Shown piece after piece: positions 60,251 through 64,000 of a DNA stretch of 64,000 nucleotides. A program made the translations under genes and the position numbers. The DNA comes from Tubulanus polymorphus (lineage: Eukaryota > Animalia > Nemertea). The DNA lies in NCBI RefSeq assembly GCF_964204645.1, contig NC_134031.1, positions 7,006,001-7,070,000 on the forward strand. The letters run 5' to 3'. The first letter of the stretch is position 1, and every line of letters starts with the position of its first letter. Under the pieces are notes generated by a model that worked only from the letters and a program-made list of their open reading frames with translations, made no database searches and was not told the origin of the DNA.

Positions 60251-63200
60251 TGAAAATCATTTCTGCGAGTCGTCGGGCGCTGGGTTCAGGAATGTTACTT
60301 TTAACGCGTCCCGATTTTTTCCTGCCTCTCACGCGCATTCTTTATACAAAGCGTATTTCGTTTGTTTAGCTAATTTAAGAAACGAATCGATAACAGACAG
60401 TAATTCGATTAAAGACAAAGAAATAAATTTTGTTTCACCGTATTCCCGTGTTCTCGGTGTTTTCTTCAAAATCAGATATGATCCAGGGGCCAGTTTCATA
60501 GCCATGGCGTAGATTTAAGACGGGCGTACGACCCCCAGTACTAAAGCAAATCAAACAACTGAAGACAAGTCTTAAGATTTAAGACAACTCATGAACTTGA
60601 TAGTGGGCCAAACATTCAGTCAAGGGGCAATGCGACGAGGACCTACCCGTAAAGACAAAATGCCAAAATGACAATCAATGAAGGACGTAGAAACCGCCCA
60701 GATCTATCGTATAATTATTCATTTGACGGCCAATATAACGTCGTCACATTACATAAGTAAGTGCTGTCTTTTCTGCTTTATCAAAATAGGACATACCTCT
60801 AGGTGGACAGCAAATAAAATCGAAACTGCCTATAATAGATACGCTTAATAGTTCTCGACTTATATAATTCTAGATGAATCAAATTCGCTTATCAAATTTA
60901 CTCACGTTTGCAAATTCGTTGGTTTTACGTATAACATAATATTTGAAATTGCTTCATCCGCAACATTTCAATCATATTCATTTTCGCTTTGATCGAATGC
61001 GTTGTAGCCGCGACAAATCGGTAGGTTCATCTAAATACGAATACATTTTGTAACACACCTAGAAAAGTGAAATACGACAGATGTTTGATTACATAATCCC
61101 GAGGATTTTCATCAAGCAGAATTCTCAGCTAGATAAGTACATATCTTAAAAAGTTGTTTGGAGGCTATTCAACAATATCCTGTTGCACAGTCGCGATCTT
61201 AGTCCCAAAGTCTTAACCGTTAAGTCCGGTGTCTTAAATCTTAAGACTGGTCTCCAGTTAGACGTTTAGATTGGCAACAGAAGATATGTTTAGACCAGTC
61301 TTTAATCTCAGCCATGACTGAGGAACTGGGCCATTTATAATTTTTGAGTTCCTTTTGTAACCGCGTGAGAAACTTTTTCTCAGTTTACATATCAATACAA
61401 ATACATAGTAAAACACCCCCCCCCTACCGCCATACCCTCTATACCGCCAAAATCGTTCTCCACCGATGTGGGCGGTTTATCGGGAGCTGATTGTATTTAA
61501 ATCATTTATTTAAATGGGATACCGGCAACGCTACTGAGGAAAGCGAGGATTAAGCGCTAATCAAAATTAAGGCGAATTTATCCTGTCAAATCAGATTTTA
61601 TTTCAACGAAAATCGTATTTATCCGGAATTTACAAAAATATAAATACATAGTGTGGCTATTCTACTTTTTAAGAGAATGCCCGGAAACAATATCCGACTT
61701 GGCCATATTCCAAAGAAATAGCAATATGACCTCAGTTCAACTGTAATTAAACTGTCATCATATGTACATATAAGTTTTAAGCTAAACTAAATTTTGTCAA
61801 TTGACCATGTATATGAATGCCCTCGTAATACCTTAATATCCGAGCGCATTATTCACTGCATTGTTCTAAGTCATGGAGTTCAGTGTTTATTGACAAATAA
61901 AACACTCCGTCGAGTTATGATGTCTGTGAAACAATGAAGGGGAAATTTAATATAAGCGACTGTTGTATATTTCATATGCACAGCAATACCACAGGCGTCG
62001 TCAGAATTTTTCAAGGAAAATGTATAACCTAATATGTCCAGCCATCTTGGTGATATATAGGCCAAGGCCGTTTTCGCGTAACTGTTAAGAACCGAGCCGA
62101 CGATCACACAATTATATCTGTACTTCGATTTCCGATTTTGAAATAAGACCCCCTGGTTCGCTCCCGGCAGGTGTGGTGGGTTTGTAAGGTACACAAAATC
62201 AAAAAATCAAACGAGGGTTGATTGCGACCAAACCCTTCGCCACTTCCTGCGCTATCAAACTACACACGTTTTAACTATACATTATTCAGAAAAACTTCCA
62301 TGGAACAGTTCAGAATAAAAGGAATTGATTCTCGCTCATTCAGATTTCAAACATATTCCAGCTTTTCCGAAAGGATGCACGTGAATCTTTCTTTACAAAT
62401 AGAAGGTTCTCAATTAACCTCAAGATTGTACTATAACGTATTTCACTATTTCCGAAGGTTATGACTATGACGTGGGAATTGTCAGTTATCTTATTCTTCC
62501 GATTTTCTCCAAAATACGGAAAATCTGCAATTCAACGATAGTATGATTTATGTACGTAAGTAGATCGGTCTGGTCTATTAAAACTCGTAGTTCGCGTATT
62601 CAGTTCAGTTTAAACACCAGGGAACGCGGCACTGAACGGCTGACTGGACTAAACAGTTCCATAGATTTTTCACGCCCCTGCACTGCTATATTAAAATCAA
62701 GGGCAAATACTGGTTTGACGTACGCGAAACTTATTATAAAGGATTTAAAGTTCACCGAGAAAGGTACTGTCTATTCATCAATATTCATACGTTTCAAAAA
62801 TACATATATATGTATATCAATATTTTGATAGTACGTGTGCACTATGAAACAATAACAGAAAATCGATGGCAAATTTGAAAATTCGAAACACGTCGCATCT
62901 CACTCAGCAAGACCATTTTACATCGTAAAAACTACAATATTGGACCGTTGGGTATGACTGCAGTTTAGGTGTCCCTAATGGTTATGTACCTAACCTTACC
63001 ATAACACTATTCTTTAATAACACTAACGCCACCCAGTGGATAGGTGACCCAAACTGCAATGGTGTTCAAAACGAAATTGCGTGAGGGAAATATTGATATT
63101 CGCGAGCATTTCAGTATATATGACTAATATTTGTAAGCAATTTATACATGCATAAAAAATCGGATCGGCTCGATTTTGTATAGCTCGATACAATAGTATT

Positions 63201-64000
63201 TTTTTCAACAGCTGTGCCGGGAATCGGTTAGAAACAACATTTGTCGTGGATGGTGTCATTAAAATACAATTGATATTATTGAACGATATTTAGAGTGGTG
63301 ACTGCTTGTAATCACAATTTGACCTTCCCATATACATACGACCGTTCAATTCAAGACGGAGCATTTGGTGTACGTATATGCGGCGGATTACGAATTAATA
63401 CGAATCTTGTGGGCAAAAGTGAAATTGCCGTATTAAACAGCAGCATTCATAAAAAGGCATATAGCCTCATTTAGCCATCGCTGTGCACACACGTCTTAAT
63501 AGCGTGTATAATGATATGTACGAACTTAGAAAAAAGAACTGTTACGGTATATTGTAAATGTAACTGGAGTAACTGTATTTGTAAAACTGTAAACTGTTTA
63601 CTTTTTTGTATCCCGTGCTCGAAAAAATTGTATAATTTCTGGAGTAATGAATTAGAATTGAATCTGATACGGGTTTCATATTATGTATCCAAACTTTGAT
63701 TGATAAAAAATCGAAGTTAGGAAAAGCTGGAAATCATCGTTATAAAAGGGTTCGCTCAAAATCGTATTAACGACGTTCAGCTGGATATTTTGTGTATGCA
63801 TATCCAAGACAAATATTTCAGTCTATCCACTCACCTATATCCCAATGGACGACAACGCAATGATTGGGGTACGTTTAACAGTTGGTAAGAGGGATGCTGC
63901 CGCTGCTTCTTACAACTGCAGCAGCAGCTCCTGGTGGTGGTGGCGGTGTGATGCTGCTGGTGGTGGTTGCACGGCTGCGTACATGTTACTGATGTATAGT

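Noticed and set aside
63835-64000. Possible exon or GKR-containing peptide ORF at the window edge
   Set aside because: Low-complexity gct/ggt triplets are open in several frames and cut by the window end, so strand and frame cannot be assigned.

Overview
AT-rich, intron-containing animal (invertebrate) genomic DNA, not prokaryotic. The host cannot be identified from this window alone. Recognisable genes: the 3' six exons of PPP1R10/PNUTS (815-6333,+); a single-coding-exon MS4A/CD20-like tetraspan gene (12423-13367,-); a secreted PAN/Apple + ConA/LamG-like gene with a 25-nt GC-donor microexon and a frameshift (22692-24404,+); a 10-exon (6-4) photolyase (31727-41570,+) whose predicted last intron holds an antisense, 5'-truncated, frameshifted HSP70 pseudogene (38557-40256,-); and a rhodopsin-type peptide GPCR whose TM1 lies in another reading frame (47435-48532,-). 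There are also LINE remnants, many MITEs and local duplications. The most interesting content is invisible in the ORF track because the genes are small and spliced. Two paralogous signal-propeptide-KR-mature precursor genes (17585-17900,- and 21124-21655,+) sit head-to-head on either side of a near-perfect 1.0-kb palindrome (18484-19483). They encode 38-aa six-cysteine peptides (GVPCFCPGRFGLGEGTYWLIGGPSSNCCSWGIGKCCHN and GIPCTCKVNGKRGTWWVIGGPDHNCCSGSGLAIGRCCW) that resemble sea-anemone beta-defensin-fold channel toxins (ATX/BDS/APETx) but have a rearranged CxC-CC-CC framework. A third spliced prepropeptide (58528-60250,+; one C-x5-C loop) and a Trp/Arg-rich signal-peptide exon (17010-17160,+) point to a secreted peptide (toxin or defence) repertoire. 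All gene models were derived by hand from splice signals and reading frame, and no database search was run.
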